A stretch of DNA of 64,000 nucleotides, taken from assembly GCA_963810275.1 (NCBI GenBank), contig CAWENF010000020.1:69970-133969 (forward strand), written 5' to 3'. Source of the DNA: an uncultured archaeon. GTDB lineage: Archaea; Thermoproteota; Bathyarchaeia; Bathyarchaeales; Bathycorpusculaceae. Positions 29,687 to 38,901 of the stretch are shown here, in pieces (the first letter of the stretch is position 1; each line of letters opens with the position of its first letter). Below the pieces are notes generated by a model that saw nothing but the letters and a program-made list of their open reading frames with translations, ran no database searches and had not been told where the DNA came from. The position numbers were made by a program, and so were the translations under genes.

Positions 29687-30472
29687 ATGGGCTTAGTTTC
29701 GGACACTTGGTATCTCTTTGTGCGTTACCTAAAAAAACTAATACGCAACCCCATCTTGCTGTTTTTCTCGCTTTTCCAACCCATCATTTTCCTTTTGCTG
29801 TTCACGCAGTTGCTGGGCAGATTCTCAAGCATACCGGGCTTCACCGAAGCTACAGGCGCCGCAAGCTACGCTATATTCGCAACCGCAGGAATTCTGCTGC
29901 AAAACGCGTTTGGCAGTGCCTTGCAGTCGGGCAACTCTATAGTCGCCGACATAGACTCAGGTTACTTGCAAAAGATGCTGGTCACCCCCGTTAACCGCTA
30001 CGCCATCCTTTTGGGTCGTCTGCTAAGCGACGCTTTTCGTGTGGTCATTCAATCCATAATCATCATTGCCCTGTCGTTTCTGCCGTTTATCGGTGTCTCT
30101 TACGTCACAGGTGTTCCAGGAATAATTCTGATTCTGTTCACAATATCGTTTTTTGGGCTATCGTGGTCAGGCATCTCGCTGGCTATAGGCATGAAAACCC
30201 GCAGCTCAGAAACCGTGTTTGCAATCGGAGGTTTCATAACTTTTCCGTTGCTGTTTCTTAGCACGGCGCTTGTGCCACTTAGTTTTCAGCCTCAATGGAT
30301 CCAGACGATTTCGATGTTTAACCCCATAAGCTACGCGGTTGACGCCGTCCGGGTGCTTATGATTACTGGATACGATTGGAGCACGATTCTTCAAGCGTTT
30401 GGTGTAATAGCGTTGGTTGGGGCAGTGACATTAAGCGCAACTGTGTACCAGTTCCGAAAAGTCGTCAAATAA
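29687..30472 (+). CDS. ABC-2 type permease
   Basis: Six TM segments, FNPISYAVDAVR. Confidence 0.92.
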   Translation: MGLVSDTWYLFVRYLKKLIRNPILLFFSLFQPIIFLLLFTQLLGRFSSIPGFTEATGAASYAIFATAGILLQNAFGSALQSGNSIVADIDSGYLQKMLVTPVNRYAILLGRLLSDAFRVVIQSIIIIALSFLPFIGVSYVTGVPGIILILFTISFFGLSWSGISLAIGMKTRSSETVFAIGGFITFPLLFLSTALVPLSFQPQWIQTISMFNPISYAVDAVRVLMITGYDWSTILQAFGVIALVGAVTLSATVYQFRKVVK

Positions 30473-30537
30473 CAGGTTTAGCTAAACGCTTTTTAGGGTA
30501 GGCGTATGCTATACAACCAAAAAAGGGTTCCAACACA

Positions 30538-31104
30538 TTGGATACAGCTAAGCTTGTTGTGGGTTTAGGAGGCATGCCCGGTTCAGGGAAATCCCTAGTT
30601 GTGGAAGTCGCCAACGATTTGGGCTACAGTGTAGTCACCATGGGGGACGTCGTCAGGGAACAGACGCTGCTACGAGGCTTGGAGCCAACGCCGCAGAACG
30701 TGGGTAAAGTCATGCTGGAGCTGCGTGCACAGGAAGGCAACTATGTCATAGCAAAGAAGTGCATCCCAAAAATTTTGGGCCTACCCACAAACCGAGTTCT
30801 CATCGATGGACTACGCAGCCTCTACGAAGCAGAAATTTTCAAGGAGAACTTTTCAAAGTTTGTTTTGGTTGCAGTATATGCACCGCCTCAGACTCGTTTT
30901 GAGCGGCTTAAGCGCCGAGGCAGAAGCGACGACCCCCAAACCTATGACCTTTTCCACCAACGTGACATGCGCGAGTTAGGCGTTGGCCTTGGCGGCGTTA
31001 TTGGTTTGGCGGAAAAAATTCTTGTTAATGACGGCGACATAGAAGGCTTCAAAGAGTCTGTTAGGGAGAACATGAAAAGGATTGAAACGCAATGGTTGAA
31101 GTAG
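30538..31104 (+). CDS. P-loop kinase, archaeal dephospho-CoA kinase-like (UPF0200)
   Basis: GMPGSGKS, MGDVVRE, IDGLRS, RGRSDD, RDMREL. Confidence 0.85.
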   Translation: MDTAKLVVGLGGMPGSGKSLVVEVANDLGYSVVTMGDVVREQTLLRGLEPTPQNVGKVMLELRAQEGNYVIAKKCIPKILGLPTNRVLIDGLRSLYEAEIFKENFSKFVLVAVYAPPQTRFERLKRRGRSDDPQTYDLFHQRDMRELGVGLGGVIGLAEKILVNDGDIEGFKESVRENMKRIETQWLK

Positions 31105-31514
31105 AAATCACCGTAGAAACAGAAATCAACCCCACAGAGTCAGAGGATAAAGTTCGCCTTGCAGTGAGCCACGTTTTGGGAAACGCTGAAATCATAGTTA
31201 AATCTGCGGGAAAAATTTCATTGCTAACCGCCCACGCAAAAGAGCAAGATGCACTGATAAAACTCCGAAACGTCATGCGCAGTGACCGCATCCGAGATGC
31301 CGCACGCCGCAGCCTTCACAAAGCCACCCGCAGCAATACAATAAGCTTCTGCTTAAACAAGCAAGTCGCCTTCGCCGGACATGTCTCATTTTGCGAGGAA
31401 ACAGCCGAATCCCCCTTGGGCCCCATCCGCTTCACAATAAAGACCGATAACAGCCAGCAGTTAATCGAGTGGCTGGCAGAGAAAACCAGTCGCGAAGGAA
31501 AGAAGGTTGGCTGA
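31092..31514 (+). CDS. UPF0201/DUF54 putative RNA-binding protein
   Basis: INPTESEDKV, RIRDAAR, LNKQVAF, SPLGPI. Confidence 0.88.
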   Translation: MVEVEITVETEINPTESEDKVRLAVSHVLGNAEIIVKSAGKISLLTAHAKEQDALIKLRNVMRSDRIRDAARRSLHKATRSNTISFCLNKQVAFAGHVSFCEETAESPLGPIRFTIKTDNSQQLIEWLAEKTSREGKKVG

Positions 31515-32523
31515 GCGGGCGCAAGTTACAAAAACCGGTGCTGTTCTTTTAGGTGACAACGTCGCCTGCGACGCCTACGATCCCAACCGCCCCATCCGCG
31601 TCGTGACGCACGCCCACGCAGACCACCTCTATGGCCTGCGAAGGAGTATCAAATGTTGCGAAAAAGTAATCATGACCAAAGCCACCCGTGACCTCTGCGA
31701 AACCCTAAACGGCACAATCAAACTCCAAGGCGAGAACATCAAAACTTTGGAGTACAACAAAGTCTTCAGTTACGGCGATGAAAAAATCACGCTGCTTAGA
31801 GCCGACCACATATTGGGTGCCTCGCAGGTATTGGTAGAGGACACTGGCGGCATCCGAATTGCTTGGTCTGGCGACTTCCGGCTGGAAGGAACTGATGCGG
31901 TGGACTGCGATGTGCTGGTAGTGGAAGCCACGTATGGGACACCATCGTGTCGCCGCAACTTTGACGTTGATGTGAGGTCGCTTTTGGTGGATATGTTGGA
32001 GAAGCGACTCAGGGGCGGTACAGTGTATGTGTTTGGCTACCACGGGAAGTTGCAGGAGGTTATGCAGCTTCTACGGGATAACCATGTTCAGGTGCCCTTT
32101 GTTATGCCCGAACGGGTTTACGAGGTTACAAAGGTTTGCCGAAAGCATGGCATGAAGCTTGACCCAATCTCGCTTTCGTCAGACAAGGAGGGGCATGATT
32201 TGTTGGATCAGAACTTGCCCTGCGTTGCCTTCTATCACATGAACCAGCGCCAACACGTAGGACTAAGAAACGCCCGAATATGTGTAAGCGGATGGGAGTT
32301 CCAAAAGCCCTGCCGACAAATCGGCGACCGAGAACACCTCATCGCACTCAGCGACCACAGCGACTTTGACGGCTTAATCGAGTACGTCCGCCGCTCAAAA
32401 GCCAAACAGGTCATAACCGACAACTACCGTAGCAACGGCGACACACTGGCAAAAGAAATCTGCAAGCGCTTAGGCGTTTCTGCTGTTGCGATGCCTATAA
32501 GCAGTGGACAGCGCACCCTCTGA
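31507..32523 (+). CDS. Metallo-beta-lactamase / beta-CASP-like nuclease
   Basis: THAHADH, HILGA, SGDF, EATYG, LSDHSDF. Confidence 0.85.
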   Translation: MAERAQVTKTGAVLLGDNVACDAYDPNRPIRVVTHAHADHLYGLRRSIKCCEKVIMTKATRDLCETLNGTIKLQGENIKTLEYNKVFSYGDEKITLLRADHILGASQVLVEDTGGIRIAWSGDFRLEGTDAVDCDVLVVEATYGTPSCRRNFDVDVRSLLVDMLEKRLRGGTVYVFGYHGKLQEVMQLLRDNHVQVPFVMPERVYEVTKVCRKHGMKLDPISLSSDKEGHDLLDQNLPCVAFYHMNQRQHVGLRNARICVSGWEFQKPCRQIGDREHLIALSDHSDFDGLIEYVRRSKAKQVITDNYRSNGDTLAKEICKRLGVSAVAMPISSGQRTL

Positions 32524-32578
32524 GCGGTTTTAGTTTAGGTTAAGGTTTATAGGCTAAAAATCAGTCTGTCAATGCAGC

Positions 32579-33856
32579 GTGAAAAGTATGGCTAAATCAT
32601 CAGTTATTTCAGGCTTCTACAAACTTTCACCCAAGGACAGATTGGAACTTATTGCTGATTTTGCAGATTTAACCGTCGAGGAATCAGCGCTTTTGCAGCA
32701 ATCGTGCTCACTTCCGCTTAATGTGGCGGACCACATGGTGGAGAACCTCATCGGCATCTTCCCCGAACCCATGGGCGTCGCTGTAAACTTCCAAATCAAC
32801 GACAAAGACTACATCATTCCAATGGCGACGGAGGAGCCTAGCGTTATTGCCGCAGCTAGCTACGCGGCCAAGATGATCAGAGACGGGGGCGGATTCACAA
32901 CCAGCAGCACGGCGCCTGTGATGATTGGGCAAATCCAAGTCGCCAAGCTTGAGGATGCGGAGAAAGCCAAACAAGTCATACTTGACGCCAAATTAGACTT
33001 ACTCCAAAAAGCTAACGAGCAAGACCCAATCCTAAACAAGTTTGGAGGCGGAGCCAAAGACCTCGATGCCAGAGTCATCGATACCTCGATGGGCAAAATG
33101 GTCATCGTGCATCTATATGTGGATTGCCGAGACGCCATGGGTGCCAACGCCGTGAATACTATGTGCGAAGCCATTGCACCCATAGTTGAAACTTTGAGCG
33201 GTGGACATGTTTACCTAAGAATCATCTCAAACTTGGCGGTTAGACGCCTTGCCAAAGCCACCTGCACGGTCCCCAAAAAAGCCGTCGGAGGTGAAGCCGT
33301 CGTTGAAGGCATCGCATACGCCTCAGCGTTTGCAGAAACAGATCCCTACCGAGCGGCGACACACAACAAGGGCGCCATGAACGGCATAATCGCCGTCGTA
33401 CTCGCAACGGGCAACGACCACCGCGCGATCGAAGCGGGTGGACACGCCTACGCCGCACTCAACGGCAGCTATTCAAGCTTCTCCAGATGGAAAAAAAATG
33501 AGAACGGTGACTTGGAGGGCGAAATCGAGCTTCCAATGGCAGTCGGCTTAATTGGCGGCGCAGTTAAAACCCACCCAGTCGCCAAAGTAGCTATGAAAAT
33601 CCTAAACGTAAAAAGCGCAAACGAATTCGCAGAGGTATTAGCTGCAGTCGGACTTGCGCAGAACCTTGCAGCGCTTAGGGCGCTTTCAAGTGAGGGCATC
33701 CAGCGCGGTCACATGTCACTACACGCAAGAAACATCGCTATTAACGCAGGTGCTAGGAACGACCAAATCGAGCAGGTCGCGGCTCAGATGGTTAAAGAGC
33801 GCAAAGTCAGGGTCGACCGTGCAAAGGAAATTCTTGACGAACTAAACAAAAAATAA
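32579..33856 (+). CDS. mvaA: Class II hydroxymethylglutaryl-CoA reductase
   Basis: EEPSVIAA, DAMGANAVNT, RAATHNKG, GNDHRA, GHMSLH. Confidence 0.95.
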   Translation: MKSMAKSSVISGFYKLSPKDRLELIADFADLTVEESALLQQSCSLPLNVADHMVENLIGIFPEPMGVAVNFQINDKDYIIPMATEEPSVIAAASYAAKMIRDGGGFTTSSTAPVMIGQIQVAKLEDAEKAKQVILDAKLDLLQKANEQDPILNKFGGGAKDLDARVIDTSMGKMVIVHLYVDCRDAMGANAVNTMCEAIAPIVETLSGGHVYLRIISNLAVRRLAKATCTVPKKAVGGEAVVEGIAYASAFAETDPYRAATHNKGAMNGIIAVVLATGNDHRAIEAGGHAYAALNGSYSSFSRWKKNENGDLEGEIELPMAVGLIGGAVKTHPVAKVAMKILNVKSANEFAEVLAAVGLAQNLAALRALSSEGIQRGHMSLHARNIAINAGARNDQIEQVAAQMVKERKVRVDRAKEILDELNKK

Positions 33857-33933
33857 TTCCCAATCATTTGCTGCTTTTTTTATCTGGGTATAATTTATTA
33901 TCTCCCCTCTCCCTTCTTGTTTCTATCTGGAGC

Positions 33934-34494
33934 GTGCAAAATTCGGTTTTAATAGTTGCAGCTATCGGCTTTAGCGGCTCAGGAAAAACAACCACCATAG
34001 AATACCTCATCGAGCACTTTACTGCACTCGGGTACCGTGTCGGCGCTGTTAAGCACATCCATCATCTAGGATTCACAATAGACACGCAAGGCAAAAACAC
34101 ATGGCGCTTCTCACAGGCAGGCGCCAGAGTAGTCGTGGCAGTGTCCCCCCAAGAAGTAGCAGTTATCAAAAAAACAGGGCAGGAAATAGCTGATCTTGAC
34201 AAAATTATTAGCATGCTAAAAGACGAAGAGTTAGATATTGTCTTCGTAGAAGGCCTGCACTGGTTGATAGCTAAAAACACAGATATTACAAAAATTGTGG
34301 TTGCAAAAGACCATAAAGGCCTCAAAGACACTTTGGAGGAAACAGTTGAGCCGATTATTGGAGTCACAGGGTTAGTTACGAAAAACGCAAATGCCTACGA
34401 CTTTGAGGGGCTGCCGTTTGTTAAGATCCCGGAGGAAGGCGAAAAAATTATCACACAAATACTCCACCTTATGCAGAAAAAGAAGGACACCTGA
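33934..34494 (+). CDS. mobB: Molybdopterin-guanine dinucleotide biosynthesis protein B
   Basis: GFSGSGKTT, VKHIHH, GKNTWRF..AGA, VFVEG. Confidence 0.9.
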   Translation: MQNSVLIVAAIGFSGSGKTTTIEYLIEHFTALGYRVGAVKHIHHLGFTIDTQGKNTWRFSQAGARVVVAVSPQEVAVIKKTGQEIADLDKIISMLKDEELDIVFVEGLHWLIAKNTDITKIVVAKDHKGLKDTLEETVEPIIGVTGLVTKNANAYDFEGLPFVKIPEEGEKIITQILHLMQKKKDT

Positions 34495-34504
34495 GGCAGA
34501 AATC

Positions 34505-35497
34505 ATGGGTAAGTGGGCCGCGTTAGTTTTAGCGGGCGGAGAAGCATCAAGGTTCCAAATGGAGGGGCAGCCGTGGATTGACAAAGCACTTGTCGCTGCG
34601 GATGGTAAACCGCTGCTTGCACGAGTCGTTTTAGGGTTAAGAGAGGTTTTGGATGACGTTGTGGTTTGCGTCAACAACACCGAGCGCAAAGACAGATACC
34701 GCCAAGCCCTGATGGAACATGGAGTGGAAAACGTCAAATTCGTTATTGACCAAGACAGCCCAGTTCAGGGTCCACTTTTGGCGGTTACCTCTGGCCTGCA
34801 CTCCGTTTACGCCGACTACTGCTTAACCGTGCCCACCGACATGCCTTATCTGAAACCAGAAATCGCACGCTACCTCTTCTCTGCCGCCGAAGGCTACGAC
34901 GTGTCGGTTCCCCTTTGGCCAAACGGCACACTCGAAACCCTCCTAATGACACTAAAACGCGAAGTTGCAATGGAAGTTGCGGGTACAGTACTATTAGCGG
35001 GCAGAGCCAACGCTGACGCCATAGCCCGAGCCTGTGGCAAACTGCTCCTACTCTCGCCCTTGGGAAAAATTGTAGAGCTTGACCCTCAGCTTAAGAGTTT
35101 CATAAACATCAACTCAGCACTAGACTTGAATGAACCCAAAACACGCAGCACACAAGGCGAGACCCGAGAAAACCTCATCTTTGATCGCAACGAATTGGAT
35201 ATTTCTATGCTGAAAAAATTTAGGCAGGGATTAAAGCGGCTATCAGAATGTAAAGCTGGAGAAGCTCGAAAAATCTTTTCGGAATACACAGAGTTCTCTG
35301 AGGGGGAGGGTCACTTGTTTTGGGCTGGGCTATCTGCAGAGAAGCTAGCGCAAACCACTGTAAATTGCAGAGAAGCGTTTCTGCGTGCGGCGAAAAACTA
35401 TCATGCAGAAGCACAACAATACCGTGAAAAAGGCTGCCTTGTTTTGGCTTGCCGTGCAGACGCGGATGCGGCGTGGTGCCAGAAGCAAGTAGATTAG
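34505..35497 (+). CDS. mobA: Molybdenum cofactor guanylyltransferase with C-terminal helical extension
   Basis: LAGGEASRF, DKAL, GPLLAV, PTDMP, SFININS. Confidence 0.85.
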   Translation: MGKWAALVLAGGEASRFQMEGQPWIDKALVAADGKPLLARVVLGLREVLDDVVVCVNNTERKDRYRQALMEHGVENVKFVIDQDSPVQGPLLAVTSGLHSVYADYCLTVPTDMPYLKPEIARYLFSAAEGYDVSVPLWPNGTLETLLMTLKREVAMEVAGTVLLAGRANADAIARACGKLLLLSPLGKIVELDPQLKSFININSALDLNEPKTRSTQGETRENLIFDRNELDISMLKKFRQGLKRLSECKAGEARKIFSEYTEFSEGEGHLFWAGLSAEKLAQTTVNCREAFLRAAKNYHAEAQQYREKGCLVLACRADADAAWCQKQVD

Positions 35498-36280
35498 AGT
35501 ACTACTCTGTAAGGGCAGGTATAGACATTCATGCGTTTACCCCGCACAAACCCAACTACACTGATATGTGCTTTTTCGGCGCTGGCAACGCCTGAGTTGA
35601 GCACTGCAGCAACTGACGCTAAGATGGGTAAACCGACTTTTGCTGCTTTGTAAATCATATCCCCAGGCACCCTACCCGTAATAACCATGAAGCACTCGCC
35701 GAAGTTTAGGCGTTTTAGGAGGGCTTCGCCAATGACTTTATCCACAGTATTATGCCGCCCAACATCCTCAGAGAACGCCATCATTGTGCAGTCGACTTTG
35801 AAGATGCCGCTATCATGCAAGCCACCGGTTTCTCTGAATCCCCGTGCTTTCTCGTTCATCTGAGCAATCGCATCTAATATGACTTGAGCTTTAACAACCA
35901 ACTCGGATTCGACTACGGCAATTTTAGCGTCTTTATGATACGCTGCGTTGCTGGCTTTCAAAAGTGGCACGATACGGGCGCCTCTTCGGCGGTGTTTCAT
36001 GCGTTCGTCAATGTCGATTTCTGATTTAAACTGGACGTGGCAGACGTTTTTTGATGCGTTCCTCCTCTATAGATTTGACGTCATCAATTGAATGCAAAAT
36101 ATTCTCGGCATATAAGTGCCCCACTGCGAGTTCTTTGAATTGCATAGGGGAGCACCAGATTACAAACGTATAGGCGCTGTTTACGATGACCTTAAGCGGC
36201 ACTTCCTCAGCAACTAAGTCCTTCATTTTAGTGGCTGTTCCCGTGGATAAGTCGAGGCGTATCATGTCAACTTGACGCAT
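35494..36280 (-). CDS. fdhD: FdhD/NarQ-family accessory protein; frameshift near 36058
   Basis: VAEEVPL, ELAVGHL, FRETGGLH, EDVGRHNTVDKVIG, TGR, VGFVRG. Confidence 0.88.
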
Positions 36281-36391
36281 AAAGCATTCACCGAACAGAT
36301 TCATAAAATTAAACGGAGCTGATAAGTTATTCGGATAACAAACATTAAGCTAACATAAAAACAAAAGGTTTAGGGCAAAAAGCCCGAGGGT

Positions 36392-37201
36392 TTAGAGGTA
36401 TTTTTCGTAGAACTTCATGGCTGGGTTGGCTGCTTTGTTAGCAAAGATTTTGCCTGTGCCATGCTCAGATAAGTCACCTAAAAATACGTAGAAGGGACCC
36501 GCTACGCTGGTTTCTTTGTCCACTTTGACTTTAGGTTTGATGTTGTCAATGGTGAACGAGGGGAGCACTTCAAGGTTGCCTCCTACGACGATTTTTCCGC
36601 CGGTCATGCATGCACCTGTGCGCACATCGCATCCGTTCTCAACATAGATTGCTCCGTCGGACATATGGTAACCGAGAAATCTGCCTGCTGCACCTTTGAT
36701 TTTGATGACGCCACCTTTTATGTAGCACCCTACATCGGTGCCGACGTTACCGTCAACTGTGATTAAACCGCCTTTCATGCCTGCATCACATCCTCTCGAG
36801 GGAGAAGCAAGGTAGTCGCCGCCGTCACCGTGAATTTCGATGATACCTTTCTTCATTTCGCTGCCAGTCCAGCCACCTGCATTGCCATTAACGATAATTT
36901 TGCCGCCAGCCATCATTTCACCTGTGTGCATGCCGATGTTGCCATTACATACGATTTCGCCTGTTGTCATACGTTGCCCTACGCGTTTGACTTTGCTAAA
37001 GTCCCCGTTAAGGGTGATTTCGGGGGTGGCTTGTTTGGATTCTTCGATTTTGAAGAGGTCGCCTAAGGTTACGTTGCGGTTGCCTTCGGTGGCAGGCAGC
37101 TTTTTGATTTCAGCCACGGTTTTGCCTACGAAAGTGTCTGGTGTTATGCAAGGAGCTTGGATGGGGACGTCGAATGCTTTTAGTGGAGTTAGGGTTATCA
37201 T
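36392..37201 (-). CDS. fwdC: Formylmethanofuran dehydrogenase subunit C
   Basis: GXGXG beta-helix repeats (G..M.GG.I.V.G), GDLSE.G.GKI. Confidence 0.95.
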   Translation of the reverse strand: MITLTPLKAFDVPIQAPCITPDTFVGKTVAEIKKLPATEGNRNVTLGDLFKIEESKQATPEITLNGDFSKVKRVGQRMTTGEIVCNGNIGMHTGEMMAGGKIIVNGNAGGWTGSEMKKGIIEIHGDGGDYLASPSRGCDAGMKGGLITVDGNVGTDVGCYIKGGVIKIKGAAGRFLGYHMSDGAIYVENGCDVRTGACMTGGKIVVGGNLEVLPSFTIDNIKPKVKVDKETSVAGPFYVFLGDLSEHGTGKIFANKAANPAMKFYEKYL

Positions 37202-37203
37202 TT

Positions 37204-38901
37204 TTACACACTTGCCTTTACGGTAATTTTATTCTGAACCTTGACATAGTGGTCTGTAACGGGGTAATTTTCGTACTCGATGGTCCAGTATTCTTTGAAT
37301 TTACGTTTCATGTCATCGTCTATTCTGCAGGGGTCTTTAGTCTGAGCATCCACCCAGATTGTTCTACCTGGAACTTGGCTGTTAACTACTTGACCATCTT
37401 TTGAAACGATGATGCCTTGCTTGATGGTGTAGGCTGCGTCTGTGAGTGCTCTTCGGGCAGTACGGAATTTCTGGGCTATGTCCATGGTTTCTAAGTTAAG
37501 GTTAAAGATTGCGACATCTGCATCTGCACCTACGCCTAAGTGACCCTTGTTAGGTAAGCCCAGCGCTTTGGCGGTGCCTGCACGTGTCATGATAGCGATT
37601 TCGTAGAGGCTTAATTCGCGGTCAATCGAAGGCAATAGACTCTTTCTGCGGGCGCTCTTGTGGCATTTCTTAAGCGTTGCTTCGCGTGCTTTCTTGCTGT
37701 AGAGCCAAGCCAACACTTTGGGGTAATCGTAGAAGGGTCCGCCGTTGGGGTGGTCAGTTGTCATGAAGATTTTCCAAGGATCCTTAATCAGCAAAGCGAT
37801 TTCTAAACCTATTGACCATTGTAAAGCATTGACGGGACTATTTTTCTTGTAATGGAAGGGGATGATGCCGCCGCTACTCTCTGTTTCGACGTCGCTGTTA
37901 ACCCACTTGTTGTGGCCGCCTAGCTCGTACAGACTGAACTCAAACGGTCCGTCAGCGGTCATGGTTGTAGTATCTGCGAAAGTAACTTGTCCCATGTCGA
38001 GGGTTATATGGGTATGGGCGTTCATGTAGTTGGCGATTTCTTCTGCGCCAGACTTGAATTTAGCCCAGCTGTCACCTTTGAAGCTGGCAAACTGTATGTG
38101 GGTTATGTGCGCTACGGGCTTGTTGCCTACTTGAAGGTCTTCAAGCGCCTTCATGCTTTCAAGGGTGGTCATATAATTGCCGGGGACGCCGAGATTGTTG
38201 GTGTGAAGGTGAATTGTGTGGGGCAAGTTGAGTTTCTGGTTAACCTTAACCAAACCGCGCATAATTTCTCTGGGAGTAATGCAGAAGTTGGGTACTTCAT
38301 CGTCTATGCTATGTACGTTGTGTCCAAAACCCCAAGATTCTAAGCCACCTGGATTGACTACTTTTATTGCATAACCCTTTGAAGCTTGTAACAGCCAAGC
38401 TACTAGGCGAGCGCATTCGTCGATATCTCCTTTAGCGAGGTTTTCAAGAACCAGCCACCAGTCGCCCATTAAGACGTATGTGCCTTTATCCAGCAGGGGT
38501 ATGTCGTTTAGTTCTTCGTGGCAATGTTTAGCCTTTAGCGGCGCAATAGAGCCGTTAAAAATGGAAGTGTAGCCCATAGTTGAGTAGCGATAACCGGTTA
38601 CGAAGGTTGAGGGGATGGAGTAGCCTGTGCCTGCGCGTGTAATAGCGGTTTTCTTCACGACATCTTTGTAGTGGTCTTCTGGGCGAATCATTCGACCCAT
38701 GTTGACTTCTGCGCCTGCAACATGACTGTGGATGTCTACGCCGCCTGCCATGATGGTCATTCCGGTAGCGTCGATGACTTTGGCTTTGCTGCTGACTTTC
38801 TTGACGATTTTGTCGTCTTTGATTGCTATATCCATCTTTTCATAGTTAATTTTCTGCAGGGGGTCAATTACAAAGCCATTTTTAATGAGTATTTCAGTCA
38901 T
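37204..38901 (-). CDS. fwdA: Formylmethanofuran dehydrogenase subunit A
   Basis: DIHSH, KVVNPGG, HLHTNNLG.PGN, TTDHPNG, GADAD. Confidence 0.97.
   Translation of the reverse strand: MTEILIKNGFVIDPLQKINYEKMDIAIKDDKIVKKVSSKAKVIDATGMTIMAGGVDIHSHVAGAEVNMGRMIRPEDHYKDVVKKTAITRAGTGYSIPSTFVTGYRYSTMGYTSIFNGSIAPLKAKHCHEELNDIPLLDKGTYVLMGDWWLVLENLAKGDIDECARLVAWLLQASKGYAIKVVNPGGLESWGFGHNVHSIDDEVPNFCITPREIMRGLVKVNQKLNLPHTIHLHTNNLGVPGNYMTTLESMKALEDLQVGNKPVAHITHIQFASFKGDSWAKFKSGAEEIANYMNAHTHITLDMGQVTFADTTTMTADGPFEFSLYELGGHNKWVNSDVETESSGGIIPFHYKKNSPVNALQWSIGLEIALLIKDPWKIFMTTDHPNGGPFYDYPKVLAWLYSKKAREATLKKCHKSARRKSLLPSIDRELSLYEIAIMTRAGTAKALGLPNKGHLGVGADADVAIFNLNLETMDIAQKFRTARRALTDAAYTIKQGIIVSKDGQVVNSQVPGRTIWVDAQTKDPCRIDDDMKRKFKEYWTIEYENYPVTDHYVKVQNKITVKASV

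Noticed and set aside
36320-36345. GTTAT-N4-ATAAC palindrome upstream of fdhD as another Mo operator
   Set aside because: Spacer and outer bases do not match the N6 motif; too short to support.
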